DNA of 64,000 nucleotides from Macrostomum lignano (Eukaryota): NCBI GenBank assembly GCA_002269645.1, contig NIVC01001952.1, positions 155,102 to 219,101 of the forward strand, read 5' to 3'. Shown piece by piece: positions 62,725 to 64,000 of this stretch (position 1 is its first letter; each line of letters starts with the position of its first letter). The notes under the pieces were generated by a model. It saw only the letters and a program-made list of their open reading frames with translations, ran no database searches and was not told where the DNA came from. The position numbers and the translations under genes were made by a program.

Positions 62725-64000
62725 AAGGACCTGAGGTCAGGTAGCTAGTAGCCTCATTGAGAAGGACCTGAGGTCAGGGGTAGTAGTAGCTCATTGAGAA
62801 GGACCTGAGGTCAGGGTAGCTAGTAGCTCATTGAGAAGGACCTGAGGTCAGGGGTAGCTAGTAGCTCATTGAGAAGGACCTGAGGTCAGGGGTAGCTAGT
62901 AGCTCATTGAGAAGGACCTGAGGTCAGGGGTAGCTAGTAGCTCATTGAGAAGGACCTGAGGTCAGGTAGCTAGTAGCTCATTGAGAAGGACCTGAGGTCA
63001 GGGGTAGCTAGGTAGCTCATTGAGAAGGACCTGAGGTCAGGGTAGCTAGTAGCTCATTGAGAAACCTGAGGTCAGGGGTAGCTAGTAGCTCATTGAGAAG
63101 GACTGAGGTCAGGGGTAGCTAGTAGCTCATTGAGAAGGACCTGAGTCAGGTAGCTAGTAGCTCATTGAGAAGACCTGAGGTCAGGGGTAGCTAGTAGCTC
63201 ATTGAGAAGGACCTGAGGTCAGGGGTAGTAGTAGTCATTGAGAAGGACCTGAGGTCAGGGGTAGCTAGTAGCTCATGAGAAGACCTGAGGTCAGGGTAGC
63301 TAGTAGCTCATTGAGAAGGACCTGAGGTCAGAGGGTAGCTAGTAGCTCATTGAGAAGGACCTGAGGTCAGGGGTAGCTAGTAGCTCATTGAGAAGGACCT
63401 GAGGTCAGGGGTAGCTAGTAGCATTGAAAGGACCTGAGGTCAGGGGTAGCTAGTAGCTCATTGAGAAGGACCTGAGGTCAGGGTAGCTAGTAGCTCATTG
63501 AGAAGGACCTGAGGTCAGGGGTAGCTAGTAGCTCATTGAGAAGGACCTGAGGTCAGGGGTAGCTAGTAGCTCATTGAGAAGGACCTGAGTCAGGGGTAGC
63601 TAGTAGCTCATTGAAGGACCTGAGGTCAGGGGTAGTAGTAGCTCATTGAGAAGGACCTGAGGTCAGGGGTAGCTAGTAGCTCATTGAGAAGGACCTGAGG
63701 TCAGGGTAGCTAGTAGCTCATTGAGAAGGACCTGAGGTCAGGGGTAGCTAGTAGCTCATTGAGAAGACCTGAGGTCAGGGGTAGCTAGTAGCTCATTGAG
63801 AAGGACCTGAGGTCAGGGGTAGCTAGTAGCTCATTGAGAAGGACCTGAGTCAGGGGTAGCTAGTAGCTCATTGAGAAGACCTGAGGTCAGGGGTAGCTAG
63901 TAGCTCATTGAGAAGGACCTGAGGTCAGGGGTAGCTAGTAGCTCATTGAGAAGGACCTGAGTCAGGGGTAGCTAGTAGCTCATGAGAAGGACCTGAGGTC
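62725..64000. repeat. 38-bp minisatellite (GAGAAGGACCTGAGGTCAGGGGTAGCTAGTAGCTCATT), runs off the window
   Basis: Direct inspection; many units carry 1-2 nt deletions. Confidence 0.96.

Overview
Eukaryotic (metazoan) genomic DNA with spliceosomal GT-AG introns. GC-rich exons with Ala/Gly/Pro tracts and a very high load of locally amplified minisatellites suggest a free-living flatworm such as Macrostomum; this is an inference and was not verified. About 35 tandem arrays cover roughly 26 kb, about 40% of the window by my hand tally. Genes reconstructed by hand: (1) an 8-exon, 3'-truncated anion-selective Cys-loop channel (GlyR/GluCl-like, minus strand); (2) a 65-aa secreted knottin (ICK)-pattern peptide whose probable single intron is almost entirely satellite; (3) an intronless secreted protein with a degenerate VWA domain; (4) an intronless rhodopsin-family neuropeptide GPCR; (5) a probable two-exon PTB-domain protein; (6) a frameshifted gene for a signal-peptide + C2-domain protein; (7) a 9-exon Son of sevenless (SOS) RasGEF gene with about 8 frameshifts. 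Mobile DNA: two tRNA-derived SINE copies, a 5'-truncated and internally deleted RTE-like LINE with a 10-bp TSD, and a hAT-type MITE with an 8-bp TSD plus two partial relatives. No CRISPR array, rRNA or true tRNA gene was found. Most long ORFs in the supplied track are satellite artefacts. The leading leads are the toxin-like knottin beside other secreted-protein genes, and the satellite system, in which many unrelated units share an AGTGTC-like core and often fill introns up to the splice sites.
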